This document shows, piece by piece, positions 26,559 to 36,378 of a stretch of DNA of 62,164 nucleotides. The position numbers and the translations under genes were made by a program. Source of the DNA: Clostridia bacterium (lineage in GTDB: Bacteria; Bacillota; Clostridia; Christensenellales; CAG-1252); the NCBI GenBank assembly GCA_017961365.1, contig JAGCXI010000068.1:1-62164 (forward strand). The letters run 5' to 3'. The notes beneath the pieces were generated by a model. That model did not search any database. It saw nothing but the letters and a program-made list of their open reading frames with translations, and was not told the DNA's origin. Numbering within the stretch: the first letter of the stretch is position 1; each line of letters starts with the position of its first letter.

Positions 26559-28355
26559 ATGTGCGGCATCGTGGGATACGTCGGAAAAGGAGAGGCGACA
26601 GAGTACCTCATCAAGGGGCTCGAGTCCCTTGAATACAGGGGATATGACAGCAGCGGGATCGCCCTTCATAACGGCGCGAATCTCGTCTTGGAGAAGCGCG
26701 CGGGGCGGCTCGCAAAGCTCAGAGAAGCGCTCGCGAAAAGACCTTTGGAAGGGCATTGCGGGATCGGACATACGCGCTGGGCGACGCATGGGGCGGCGAC
26801 GGACGATAACGCCCATCCTTTTGCCTCGGAATACGGTAAATTCGCCGTGGTGCATAATGGGATCATCACGAATTACGAAGAGATCGCAGGCTTTTTGCGT
26901 GCGCGCGGCGTTCGCCTGCGGTCAGAGACGGATAGCGAAGTCATCGCGCATTTGATCGACCTTTATTACACGGGCGACACCCTTTCCGCGATCTGTCGCG
27001 CCGTCAAAGATCTCGAAGGGAGTTTTGCCTTGGGGATCCTTTCCGTATATGAAGAAAAGGCGCTTTTCGGCGTGAGAAAGGACAGCCCCCTCATCGTCGG
27101 GAGAGGCGAGGAAGAAAGCTTCATTTGTTCGGATATTTCGGGAATTTCCGAATTTTGTGACGAGGTGTCTTTTCTCGAGGATGACACCGTCGTGCGCGTG
27201 ACGGCGGAAGGGGCTGATGCATACGATCTCTCGAGGGGAAAGCGCTCGCTCTCCTTTCGAAAGAATCGCCGCGCGGAAAGGGGACGGGAGGGGGTGTTTT
27301 TCGGCTCGCATATGCTCTCCGAGATCCGAGAAGTCCCCCTTTCGATCAAAGAAACGCTCGAGGCGTATCCCGAAGAAGCGGTGGGACGGATCTTGCGGGG
27401 GGAATATGACGGCATCGCTCTTTTGGGCTGCGGCAGCGCCTATCACGCGGGCTTGGTCTTTAAAACGGCGATGCGTGAGATCGCCGGAGTGCTTGTCCGA
27501 GACTGCATCGCGAGCGAATATCTGACCGAGCGACAGACGGAGGACGAGCGCACGCTCTTTATCGCGGTGAGCCAAAGCGGCGAAACGGCGGACACCCTTC
27601 AAGCCGTCCGTCGCGCGAAGAAAAAGGGCGCGAAGATCCTCGCGGTCTGCAATGCGCCCGAGTCCTCTCTTTCGCGCCTTGCGGATGAGACCGTGATGAC
27701 GCAATGCGGCGTGGAACGCGCCGTCGCCGCCACGAAATCTTATTCCGCGCAAGCCGCCGTGCTTTTGCGCATTTGCTTGCAATATGCGGATATTTGCGGA
27801 AAAATCAAAAAAGAGGAGAGTCTCCGTTATCATGCGGAACTCTCTCGCCTCGCCGAAAAAGCAGAGAAAGTCATCGGGGCGGAAAAAGCGCTCGAAGAGA
27901 TCGCGGAGAGCCTTGCCTTGGGAGACGCGCTCTTTTGTCTCGGACGGGGCGCGGATCATTGCGCCGCCAAAGAGGCGAGCCTGAAGATCAAAGAGGTCAG
28001 CTATCTTTTTTCCGAAGCCTATCCTTCGGGCGAGCTCAAGCACGGCACTCTCGCTTTGATGACGAAGGGGGTCTTTGCCCTCTTTTTCTCCACGGATCCT
28101 GTGCTCGCGGAGAAGAATGCCGCGTCCGTGGAGGAGGTCAGATGCCGCGGGGCGCAAGCCGTCGTCCTCGCCGCGGAAAGCGCCGCAAAAGCGATCCGCA
28201 CGGAGCGGATCTTCCTCCTCCCCGACACGATCCCCGTTTTCTCGCCCGTCGTCTCTTCCGTGGCGGCGCAGCTTATCGCGTATTTCGTGGCGGTCAAACG
28301 AGGATGCGACGTGGATAGGCCTAGGAATTTGGCGAAATCCGTAACCGTAGAATGA
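26559..28355 (+). CDS. glmS: Glutamine--fructose-6-phosphate aminotransferase (isomerizing)
   Basis: MCGIVGYVG N-terminal nucleophile, two SIS domains, C-terminal ...DRPRNLAKSVTVE. Confidence 0.92.
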   Translation: MCGIVGYVGKGEATEYLIKGLESLEYRGYDSSGIALHNGANLVLEKRAGRLAKLREALAKRPLEGHCGIGHTRWATHGAATDDNAHPFASEYGKFAVVHNGIITNYEEIAGFLRARGVRLRSETDSEVIAHLIDLYYTGDTLSAICRAVKDLEGSFALGILSVYEEKALFGVRKDSPLIVGRGEEESFICSDISGISEFCDEVSFLEDDTVVRVTAEGADAYDLSRGKRSLSFRKNRRAERGREGVFFGSHMLSEIREVPLSIKETLEAYPEEAVGRILRGEYDGIALLGCGSAYHAGLVFKTAMREIAGVLVRDCIASEYLTERQTEDERTLFIAVSQSGETADTLQAVRRAKKKGAKILAVCNAPESSLSRLADETVMTQCGVERAVAATKSYSAQAAVLLRICLQYADICGKIKKEESLRYHAELSRLAEKAEKVIGAEKALEEIAESLALGDALFCLGRGADHCAAKEASLKIKEVSYLFSEAYPSGELKHGTLALMTKGVFALFFSTDPVLAEKNAASVEEVRCRGAQAVVLAAESAAKAIRTERIFLLPDTIPVFSPVVSSVAAQLIAYFVAVKRGCDVDRPRNLAKSVTVE

Positions 28356-28433
28356 GCGCGGATAAACGCGCATCTGCGGCGTTTACTGCCGTCGTCGCGG
28401 CGAAATCACGTACTTTTGTACGCTCATTCGTCG

Positions 28434-28643
28434 TCTCCTCGGCGAGCCTTGCATCCGCACGCTTCTCCGCGCTCATTTTGCGTGTTTAAGACCCGCCTCC
28501 TCGGAGAGCACTCGCCTCTACGCCGCTCTCCGCTGTCACTTGCGGTTATAATGAGAACGGTTTGCGTTTTTTAAGGTATTGATTGGGTTTCTTTGATCGG
28601 GCAGGCGCATTTGGCGCCTCCTCGGCGAGCCTTCATCCGCACG
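28434..28643. repeat. Degenerate intergenic repeats (CTCCTCGGCGAGCCTTxCATCCGCACG at 28435-28461 and 28618-28643, plus a weaker third unit near 28494)
   Basis: Read from the sequence. Also an 11-bp inverted repeat, AATGAGCGCGG (28351-28361) / CCGCGCTCATT (28468-28478). Confidence 0.7.
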
Positions 28644-28789
28644 ATTTTTGAAGGCAGCGCGCAATTCGCGCACGGCAGCGCATTACATGACCGAAGGTCA
28701 AGTCATGCGCGAAGGGAATTCATCCTTGTTTGATAAAAAAAAGGAAAAGCGATTTTGCCTTTCCTTCTCCGTCTTATTTTGTCTGTCCT

Positions 28790-29065
28790 TTATTTATTCA
28801 TCACAGCCACGAATGTTTTGCTCGCTTTAAAGGTGGGGACGCAACGACCTGCGATCTTGATACGCTCGCCGGTCTTCGGATGCAAGCCCTCTTTCGAGGC
28901 GCGTTGTTTCGCTTTGAAGCAGCCGAAGCCCGCAAACGTGACGGAATCTCCCGCTTTCAATGCTTGCGCGATGGTCTCGATAAATGCCTCGGACACGCGG
29001 CGGCAATCCGCCTCGGTAATATTTGTTTTATCAGAGATGACCTTGATGACGTCGCTCTTATTCAT
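28790..29065 (-). CDS. hup: HU-family DNA-binding protein
   Basis: ATG at 29065 after GGAGGAAAGGAA. MNKSDVI..IS.K....K.D......AF...I...L..GD.V...GFG.F....R..R.G.NP.TGE.I.I. Confidence 0.9.
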   Translation of the reverse strand: MNKSDVIKVISDKTNITEADCRRVSEAFIETIAQALKAGDSVTFAGFGCFKAKQRASKEGLHPKTGERIKIAGRCVPTFKASKTFVAVMNK

Positions 29066-29258
29066 TTCCTTTCCTCCCAACGGTTGTTGTATTCATCATA
29101 CAATAAATAAGTGGGGCTTGTCAATACCCAAAATTTTGAAAAATGTCGTAAATTTCGCGGAAAAATATCTATCGAAATGAGATGTGAACTCTCAAAATCG
29201 GGGGGGGGTGCCCTTTTGAAGGCTCCCCTTCTGCCTCGATTTTTCTCGAAAAATTGCG

Positions 29259-30302
29259 TTATTGCAGGTCGTCTTTGCTCTCGCCCGGGATGTTCTTGCT
29301 GAGCTCGCGCTGATCCTCCACGAAGCGCTCCGCGACGCGCTTCGTCTTCGCGTCCGCTTTTTCGAAAGTGGTGGGTTCGTGCACGACGACTTGCGTGAAG
29401 GGGATATTGATGTCGTTCTCATCGAAGAGGAGCTTCATCTGACGATTCATATCCCTCTCCACTTGGAAGCGGGCGGATTCCTGACAGCGCGCGATGAAGC
29501 GGAGGGTGACGCCCGAGGCGCCGAGGGAGGCGACGCCTTTGTAATAAGGGCCGTCCTCGATGTCGGGAATGGAGGCTTTCACTTTGTCAAGATTGCGCTT
29601 GACCACGGCTTCCACGCGCTCGATGGACTCGCCGTATTCGATGTCGATGTCGCAGATGGCAAGGGAGAGCTCGCTCGTCATATTCACGAGGGTGCGGATC
29701 TCGGAATTATTCACCACTTTTACGTTGCCGCCCGCGTCCACGATCTGCGTCGTGCGCACGCCTATCTCTTTCACCGTGCCGCGGAAACCGTCCACGACGA
29801 TGATGTCGCCGATGTCGAAGACCTCCTCAAAGACGATGAAGAGCCCGGCGATGACGTCGGAGATCAGCGGCTGCGCGCCGAGACCGATGACCAAGCTCAA
29901 GATCCCAGCGCCGGCAAGAAGCGTCACGGTGTCCACTTTGAAGGCTTTCAAGATCAGGAAGAGCAGGACGATGACCGCGAGGTACTTGATGATGGATGAG
30001 AGGAGATTCACGACCGCCTTTCCTTTCTTCATAAAGCGCGTGGATTGATTCAGCACGAGGCGGAGCAGATAGCTCGCGCTCAGGATGAAGAATGCGTAGC
30101 TCAGGATGCGCACCGCGATATTGGGATCGCCCGCGCCCGAGAAAAGATTCAGGCTGCGGTAAAATGCGTTTTCCGGCTTGAAGACGAATCTGCCGAAGAT
30201 GAGGAGCACGTAATATGCTGCCACAAGCGCCAGAAGAAGGATCTTTACGATGAGATCCAAATAGTCGGGAAAGGTCTTTGGTTTTTCAAAATGCTTTTTC
30301 AT
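29259..30302 (-). CDS. Mechanosensitive ion channel family protein (MscS-like)
   Basis: Multiple N-terminal TM helices, then ...PLISDVIAGLFIVFEEVFDIGDIIVVDGFRGTVKEIGVRTT (MscS pore-helix/beta-domain signature). Confidence 0.8.
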   Translation of the reverse strand: MKKHFEKPKTFPDYLDLIVKILLLALVAAYYVLLIFGRFVFKPENAFYRSLNLFSGAGDPNIAVRILSYAFFILSASYLLRLVLNQSTRFMKKGKAVVNLLSSIIKYLAVIVLLFLILKAFKVDTVTLLAGAGILSLVIGLGAQPLISDVIAGLFIVFEEVFDIGDIIVVDGFRGTVKEIGVRTTQIVDAGGNVKVVNNSEIRTLVNMTSELSLAICDIDIEYGESIERVEAVVKRNLDKVKASIPDIEDGPYYKGVASLGASGVTLRFIARCQESARFQVERDMNRQMKLLFDENDINIPFTQVVVHEPTTFEKADAKTKRVAERFVEDQRELSKNIPGESKDDLQ

Positions 30303-30320
30303 ATTGCCTCCGTTTTTGCA

Positions 30321-32600
30321 TTATTCGGTGGGGTAAGTATAGAACACATCTTGATAAATCAAGATGGGATCTTCGTTGTTTGCGGTGTTTCCGCCCGTGG
30401 GATCGCCGACGCGTTGCGCGAAGATGCGCAGGAGATACATCGTCTCCGGATCGAGATCGGACGCGCGGATGGTATAGTCGTCTCCCGTCATCGAGAGCGA
30501 CGCTTCCGTCTCGTTCAGGAAGACGAAGAATTGATAATCCTCCGCGTTGTACGGGGTGAAATACGCGGTGAAAGAGGTCGCTTCGATGGCATAATCACCA
30601 CAGCTCAGCGAAATGTCTGGCTCCGAGAGGGTATTGACGTTTCCGATGTAAAGGACGCTTTCCCCCGACGCGTCTTTGACGGAGAGGGTATAAAAGCTAT
30701 CCGGCTCTAAGTTTTGGAAGAGGGCGTAACAGGAGCGACCGAGGCGGTCGGTGGTGAGCTCATATGCCTCTTCGTCGAGGAACGCCGTAAGGGTGGTGTT
30801 CGCGGCATTCGTCGGCATGGAGAAGGACACGAAAGCGGAATCATGCGTGACGGTATAGAGCAAAAGCTCCATCGCGGAGTCGGAAGTCGGCGTAGCGCTC
30901 GTTTCCGTGCGGAAGTCTTCCGAGTAGACCGTTCTGTCATAGTCGTCCGTCAGCTCGATGCGATAAGAGGTGTCCGGATCAAGATCCGTGAGTCGGATCA
31001 GGTAATTCCCGTCCGAAACGGAAGCGAAGTCCGCATTGTCACCGTTTACGGTGAGATAAAGGACGGCGTCGGGGACGGAGGATTCCAAGGAGAGCGAAAT
31101 GCTGTCGGAGGTGACGGAAGAAGAGCCTCTCGTGATCGTCGGGATCTCGGGCGCAAGGGGATCGCCGGACGCGCTCTCTGTGGAGTATTCTTTGGAAAAG
31201 ACCTCTCTTCCGTATTCGTCCGTGATCGTGATGGTGTAAGACGTGAGAGGCGCAAGATCGGTCAACTCGATGGCGTATATGCCGTCCGACACGGAGGAGA
31301 AGTCTCGGACGTCACCATCCACGGAAAGAGTAAGGGTCGCTTCGGGAAGGGAGGATTCCAAGACGATGGAAAGAGAAGCGGAGGAAGCGGAGAAAGAGCT
31401 CTCCGTTACGGTCGCGAGCTCCGGTTCGGTCGGCTCCGTGGTTTCGGTCGGTTCCGTGGGGGTCGTAGGTTCTGTGGGTTCCGTGGGCTCCGTGGGCTCC
31501 GTCGTCGGCGCCTGCTTGCTTTCGGTGCGATAGTCTTGGGAAAAGACCTTTCGTCCATAGGGATCGGTCAGCTCGATGCGATAGAGGGTATCCGGCGTAA
31601 GCCCGGAGAGGTCTATGACGCAGGCTCCGCTTTGTTCTTTGAGGAGCGGGGCGCTTTCGCCGTTCACCGTCAGCGAGAAAGAGACGTCCGTCCTCGAAGG
31701 ATCGAGGGAAAGGAAGAGCGCTTCGGCGCTGACGGAGAAAGAGGTCACCGTGAATTTCGCGGGAAGGAAATCTTCCGCGGGAAGAGAGAGGGAGGCGACG
31801 CCTTTTCCGCTCACGGTGATGGTGGCGTAACAATTCTTGTCAAAGGGATAATCGGGAATGCGGAAGAGGGTCTTTCCCGTCGCGGCGCAGTCCGAGACGA
31901 AGATCTCCGCGCCCTTTTCGTCCGAGACGCGCAAGGTGTAGAAGGAGAGCTTTTCTCCGGAGACGTCGGCTTGGAGAGAGAGCTCGCTCTCCGAGAAAGT
32001 CATCACGCGGATCTCCGCCGCATAAGAAACGCTTTTGGTCTTGTAATTTCCCTCATAGAAGACTTCGCCGTCTCCGTTGATGAGGGAAAGATGGTATTCC
32101 GTGTCGGGGGAAAGCCCTTCGAAGGTGATGTATTTTTCTCCATCGAGGGCGAGAGAATAAGCCGTCCCTTCCGTCTCCAAAACGGCGACGGGGGAGGTGA
32201 GTTTTTCGTAATTCAGATCCAGCTCAAAGGTCAGGAAAGTTGCACCTGCGGCGAAAAGAAGGATATTATAGACGAGGGCGGTCACCACAGCGGAGACGAC
32301 GACGCCCGCCGTTCCCACGAAAGCCGTGATGCCGAGAAGCACTTTTTGGAGATTCGAAGAGGCTTTCTTGCTCTCGACTTCCTCGCGAGAAGCGGACGAA
32401 GCGACCTCTTCGGAAGAGGAAAGAGAAGGGGTAGGCGCGGGGGATGCAGCGGAGAAGGACTCCTCGCCGCTCGGACGATAAGACTCCGCCGTTACGGCGT
32501 TTCGCTCGGAGGCGAAAGAAAAGCTCTCGCGGAAAGAAGTCTCCTTCGCTTGAAAGGATTCCGAACCGTAGATCTCGTCTTGTCTTTCGTCTTGTTTCAT
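30321..32600 (-). CDS. Membrane-anchored surface protein with tandem ~85-95-aa Ig/FN3-like repeats and a PTEPTEPTEP linker
   Basis: One TM helix (VLLGITAFVGTAGVVVSAVVTALVYNILLFAA), then repeated units ...L.L.V.G....F..VSDG.Y.I.LTDL.P.TSY.I..TD.Y.R.V.S.....E. Confidence 0.65.
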   Translation of the reverse strand: MKQDERQDEIYGSESFQAKETSFRESFSFASERNAVTAESYRPSGEESFSAASPAPTPSLSSSEEVASSASREEVESKKASSNLQKVLLGITAFVGTAGVVVSAVVTALVYNILLFAAGATFLTFELDLNYEKLTSPVAVLETEGTAYSLALDGEKYITFEGLSPDTEYHLSLINGDGEVFYEGNYKTKSVSYAAEIRVMTFSESELSLQADVSGEKLSFYTLRVSDEKGAEIFVSDCAATGKTLFRIPDYPFDKNCYATITVSGKGVASLSLPAEDFLPAKFTVTSFSVSAEALFLSLDPSRTDVSFSLTVNGESAPLLKEQSGACVIDLSGLTPDTLYRIELTDPYGRKVFSQDYRTESKQAPTTEPTEPTEPTEPTTPTEPTETTEPTEPELATVTESSFSASSASLSIVLESSLPEATLTLSVDGDVRDFSSVSDGIYAIELTDLAPLTSYTITITDEYGREVFSKEYSTESASGDPLAPEIPTITRGSSSVTSDSISLSLESSVPDAVLYLTVNGDNADFASVSDGNYLIRLTDLDPDTSYRIELTDDYDRTVYSEDFRTETSATPTSDSAMELLLYTVTHDSAFVSFSMPTNAANTTLTAFLDEEAYELTTDRLGRSCYALFQNLEPDSFYTLSVKDASGESVLYIGNVNTLSEPDISLSCGDYAIEATSFTAYFTPYNAEDYQFFVFLNETEASLSMTGDDYTIRASDLDPETMYLLRIFAQRVGDPTGGNTANNEDPILIYQDVFYTYPTE

Positions 32601-32856
32601 CGCGCTCCCGAGCGGGCGCTCGCCGTACTTGGCGAAAGCGCCGCTTTACATATGGTCTCTTTTTTTATAATAAGACTTGTCGCGCGCGCTTGTCAATATC
32701 CTCGCCCGCCGAAAAGCGCCGCGAGATGCCTTTTCTTGCGAAAAGTCTTTCGGAATTAAACTTGCTCCCGCTTTCGTAATACGCTATAATAAAGGAAACC
32801 CGAGCGCAGCGCCCCTTCGCCTCTTGCGGAAGCGCGCGCGGATAGGAGGGAAGGAT

Positions 32857-34065
32857 ATGAAGAAGAGCACCAAGAGAAAAGTCGTTCGCACGGCGAAAAA
32901 GCATCCCGGCGCGGTCATCGCGGTCGTGGTCATCCTCGTCGTCATCATTGCGGTCGGCGCGCTTTTGTATTTCAAAGTGGACAGCGTCCATAACGCGGTG
33001 GACGATCTCGTAAAGCGATTCACGGCGTCCGACGTCGAAAATGCGTCGGGCGGGAAGACCTCCGCTCCCACCTTCACGACCTATGGCGAGGACGATCTTT
33101 CTTTCCATTTCCTCGAACTCGGAAATGCTTATACGGGGGACAGCGTCTATATCAAGGCGGGCGAGATCGACATCTTGATCGATGCGGGCTCTCGCCAAGA
33201 CAGCGCGGAGGCGATCTCCGCTTACGTGAATCAATACTGCACGGACGGCAAGCTCGAATACGTCATCGCCACCCACGCCCATCAAGACCATATCGCGGGC
33301 TTTGTCAGCACGAAAAACAATCCGGGCATTTTCGAGCGATACGAATGCGAAACGATCATCGATTTCGCGCTTACGAACGCAGAGACTGCGGTCTATAATA
33401 ATTACGTCGCGGCGCGCGACGCGGAACCGGGCGCAAAGCACTATACGGCGCTCGAATGTTATCGAGAGTCCAAAGAGGGCGCGCAACGCGTTTATTCCCT
33501 CGGAGAAGGGATGAGCATGACCATCCTTTATCAGGAGTTTTATGAGAAAAAGACGTCGGACGAGAACGATTATTCCGTTTGCCTTCTGTTTACGCACGGA
33601 AGCAAGCATTATCTTTTCACGGGGGATCTGGAGAAGGACGGAGAGGCCTCTCTCGTGAAGAACAACGCGCTTCCCGAAGTGGAGCTTTTCAAGGCGGGGC
33701 ATCACGGCTCTTACACCGCTTCCACAGATACGTTGCTCTCCGTCATTCGCCCCAAGATCGTCTGCGTGTGTTGCTGCGCGGGGTCCACGGAGTACACGAG
33801 CAATACGGCGAATACCTTCCCTTCGCAGAAATTCGTGGATAACGTTGCGCCTTATACCGACTGCGTCTACGTGACGACGGTCGTCTCCGTGGTGTATGAC
33901 GAGAAGAAAGGGAAAGACGTGGAGAAGGGCGTCTCGATGAATGGAAACATCACGGTCCTGAGCTCCGGCGGCACGGTGACCGTCTCTTGCAAAAACGACA
34001 CCAAGCTGAAAGATACCGAGTGGTTTAAGGCGAATCGAACCTGCCCTGCGGCGTGGTCGAGCTAA
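32857..34065 (+). CDS. Membrane-anchored MBL-fold metallo-hydrolase (ComEC C-terminal-domain-like)
   Basis: ATG at 32857 after GGAGGGAAGGAT. N-terminal TM, THAHQDHIAG (HxHxDH), GHHGS. Confidence 0.65.
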   Translation: MKKSTKRKVVRTAKKHPGAVIAVVVILVVIIAVGALLYFKVDSVHNAVDDLVKRFTASDVENASGGKTSAPTFTTYGEDDLSFHFLELGNAYTGDSVYIKAGEIDILIDAGSRQDSAEAISAYVNQYCTDGKLEYVIATHAHQDHIAGFVSTKNNPGIFERYECETIIDFALTNAETAVYNNYVAARDAEPGAKHYTALECYRESKEGAQRVYSLGEGMSMTILYQEFYEKKTSDENDYSVCLLFTHGSKHYLFTGDLEKDGEASLVKNNALPEVELFKAGHHGSYTASTDTLLSVIRPKIVCVCCCAGSTEYTSNTANTFPSQKFVDNVAPYTDCVYVTTVVSVVYDEKKGKDVEKGVSMNGNITVLSSGGTVTVSCKNDTKLKDTEWFKANRTCPAAWSS

Positions 34066-34137
34066 AAAACGCTTGCAAGCGCAGGGCGCGCGTGCTATAA
34101 TCAAACTATCGAAAAACCTATAAGGAGAGTTTTTACA

Positions 34138-34356
34138 ATGGCAAAGAAGAGCTCAAAAGGCGCATACGGTTTCGGCTGGATCATCAATATCATTCTCGCG
34201 ATCATTCCCATCACGAATATCATTTTCGGCATCGTGAAGCGCGCGACGAGCGGGCACGTCATCGGCGCGATCTTGAATTTCTTCCTGTCCCCGCTTTTCT
34301 ATCTCGTGGATCTCATCACGGTCATCTTCACGAACAAGCTCGTTTTAGCGGCGTAA
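34138..34356 (+). CDS. Small two-helix membrane protein
   Basis: 72 aa, AAGGAGAG RBS, two hydrophobic helices. Confidence 0.5.
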   Translation: MAKKSSKGAYGFGWIINIILAIIPITNIIFGIVKRATSGHVIGAILNFFLSPLFYLVDLITVIFTNKLVLAA

Positions 34357-34531
34357 GAACGGACATGAAAGCAAGTCGTTTCTTTTATTACGCATATTAT
34401 TACCGCGCGGATATCCAATAATATCGGCTGTTTTTAGCGTATAGAAAGAGAAAAAGCGGTCGATATTCGATCGCTTTTTATTTTTTTGAAATAAGGCGCC
34501 TCATTGCGGAGCGCGAAAAAGGAGAAGAACA

Positions 34532-35542
34532 ATGATCATCGTACTGAAAAAGGACAGGGACGAAGAGCAATACAAACATCTGACGGAATGGATCAAGTCC
34601 CTCGGGCTTAAGACGGATATCAGCCAAGGCGAGAATACCATCGTGATGGGGCTCGTGGGCGATACCAGCCGCGTGGACATCGATCTCGTGCGCTCCCTCG
34701 ACATCGTCGAGGACGTGAAGCGCATCCAAGAGCCTTTCAAGATGGCGAATCGGAAGTTCCACCCCGAAGACACCGTCGTGAAAGTGGGCGGTCTCACGAT
34801 CGGCGGCGGAAGCTTCCATTACATCGCGGGCCCCTGCTCCGTGGAGAGCGAGAAACAGATCATCGAGGTGGCGGCGGCCGTTAAAGAGGCGGGCGCCACG
34901 ATCTTGCGCGGCGGCGCGTTTAAGCCGAGGACCTCGCCCTACGCTTTCCAAGGCTTGCGGGAAGAGGGCATTCGCCTGCTCCTTCGCGCGAAAGAGGAGA
35001 CGGGGCTCCCCATCGTGACCGAGATCATGAGCGAGACGCATATCGACCTTTTTCGTGACGTGGATATCGTCCAAATCGGCGCGCGCGATATGCAAAATTT
35101 CGAACTGCTGAAAGCCGTGGGGAAGATGGGCAAGCCTGTCGTCTTGAAACGCGGCATCGCCGCCACCATTCAAGAATGGCTGATGAGCGCGGAATATCTC
35201 ATGAGCGAAGGCTGCCACGACATCGTGCTTTGCGAGCGCGGCATCCGCACCTATGAGACCTATACGAGGAACACTTTGGACATCAGCGCGGTGCCCGTCT
35301 TGAAAGAGCTCACGCATTTGCCCGTCATCGTGGATCCTTCCCATGCGAGCGGCGTGGCGAGGCTGGTGAAGCCCCTTGCGAAGGCGAGCGCGGCGGCGGG
35401 CGCGGACGGCGTGATGATCGAAGTGCATAACGATCCGCCGAGAGCGCTCTGCGACGGCGCGCAGTCTCTCCGTCCGGAGCAATTCCGCGACGTGGTCACG
35501 GAAGTGAATAAAGTCATTACGGCGGTGGGGAAGACGATATGA
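34532..35542 (+). CDS. aroF: 3-deoxy-7-phosphoheptulonate (DAHP) synthase, type I-beta, with an N-terminal regulatory domain
   Basis: MIIVLKK... ferredoxin-like N-domain, GPCSVES, ...LKRG....EW.. Confidence 0.85.
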   Translation: MIIVLKKDRDEEQYKHLTEWIKSLGLKTDISQGENTIVMGLVGDTSRVDIDLVRSLDIVEDVKRIQEPFKMANRKFHPEDTVVKVGGLTIGGGSFHYIAGPCSVESEKQIIEVAAAVKEAGATILRGGAFKPRTSPYAFQGLREEGIRLLLRAKEETGLPIVTEIMSETHIDLFRDVDIVQIGARDMQNFELLKAVGKMGKPVVLKRGIAATIQEWLMSAEYLMSEGCHDIVLCERGIRTYETYTRNTLDISAVPVLKELTHLPVIVDPSHASGVARLVKPLAKASAAAGADGVMIEVHNDPPRALCDGAQSLRPEQFRDVVTEVNKVITAVGKTI

Positions 35543-36378
35543 TAAAAAAGATCGGGATCGTCGGGCTCGGGTTGATGGGCGCGAGCTTCGGCAGGCTCCT
35601 CGTCCAGAGAGGATATACGGTGTACGGCGCGGACAGAGACCCCGCCGTGATGACGAGGGCGTTGATGGCGAAAGCGTATGGCGAGCCTTTGACGGAGGAG
35701 ACGGCAAAGGAAGTCGATCTTCTCATCGTCGCCATCTTTCCGCGCGATTTCAAGGCGGCGGCGGAGACCTATCTTCCCTTTCTCAAAAAGGGAGCGATCC
35801 TTTCCGACTTTTGCGGGAATAAGCGCATCGTCGTTCGCGCGATGAAGGAGCTCAAAGAGAAATATCCTTCGGCGATATATTGCGGCGGACATCCGATGGC
35901 GGGGAGAGAGTACAGCGGCGTGGAGCATTCTTCCGTGCGCCTTTTCGAGAATGCCTCGATGATCCTCGTCCCGGTGACGGAGGATCTCTTCATTCTTTCG
36001 GAATTGAAGAAATTTTATCTTTCGCTCGGCTTCGGCGAAGTGGTGATCACCACCCCCGAAAAGCACGACGAGATGATCGCTTATACCTCTCAGCTTTGCC
36101 ACGTTGTGAGCAATGCTTTCATCAAGAGCGAGACGGCGAAGCGGCACGGTGGTTATTCCGCCGGGAGTTACAAAGATCTCACCCGCGTGGCGCGGCTGAA
36201 TCCCGCGATGTGGTCGGAGCTGATGGAGGATAATCGGGACTATCTCAAGGCGGAGCTTGATCTTCTTATCGGAAATTTGGAGAAATACAGAGACGCCCTT
36301 GCCTCGGGAGACGAAGCGGAGCTTCGCGCGCTTCTCGCGGAAGGGGATAAGATCAAGCGGGAGATCGATAAAAGATGA
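35539..36378 (+). CDS. tyrA: Prephenate dehydrogenase
   Basis: IGIVGLGLMGASFG (Rossmann), ...GGHPMAG.E. ATGA overlap with aroF. Confidence 0.8.
   Translation: MIKKIGIVGLGLMGASFGRLLVQRGYTVYGADRDPAVMTRALMAKAYGEPLTEETAKEVDLLIVAIFPRDFKAAAETYLPFLKKGAILSDFCGNKRIVVRAMKELKEKYPSAIYCGGHPMAGREYSGVEHSSVRLFENASMILVPVTEDLFILSELKKFYLSLGFGEVVITTPEKHDEMIAYTSQLCHVVSNAFIKSETAKRHGGYSAGSYKDLTRVARLNPAMWSELMEDNRDYLKAELDLLIGNLEKYRDALASGDEAELRALLAEGDKIKREIDKR

Noticed and set aside
26922-28373. 483-aa ORF antisense to glmS, and smaller ORFs inside glmS and glmM
   Set aside because: glmS is unambiguous (MCGIVGY..., ...KSVTVE). The antisense product is Arg-rich shadow sequence.
31425-31510. Short tandem nucleotide repeats that could be mistaken for a CRISPR-like array (also the 28.4-kb spacer repeats)
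   Set aside because: The repeats are 9-12-nt coding repeats for PTEP units inside an ORF. The 28.4-kb repeats are irregular, with only 2-3 copies. No cas genes are present.
30714-32759. 681-aa plus-strand ORF opposite the repeat protein
   Set aside because: Gly/Arg-rich translation produced by the reverse complement of Ser/Thr/Glu/Pro-rich codons. The minus-strand frame has a TM anchor and coherent domain repeats.
34357-34531. Possible T-box or attenuator leader upstream of the aromatic amino acid operon (and upstream of lysS at 22532-22627)
   Set aside because: The spacers are too short, and I could not find the T-box sequence (AATTAGGGTGGTACCGCG-like). The only structure upstream of aroF looks like the terminator of the preceding small gene.
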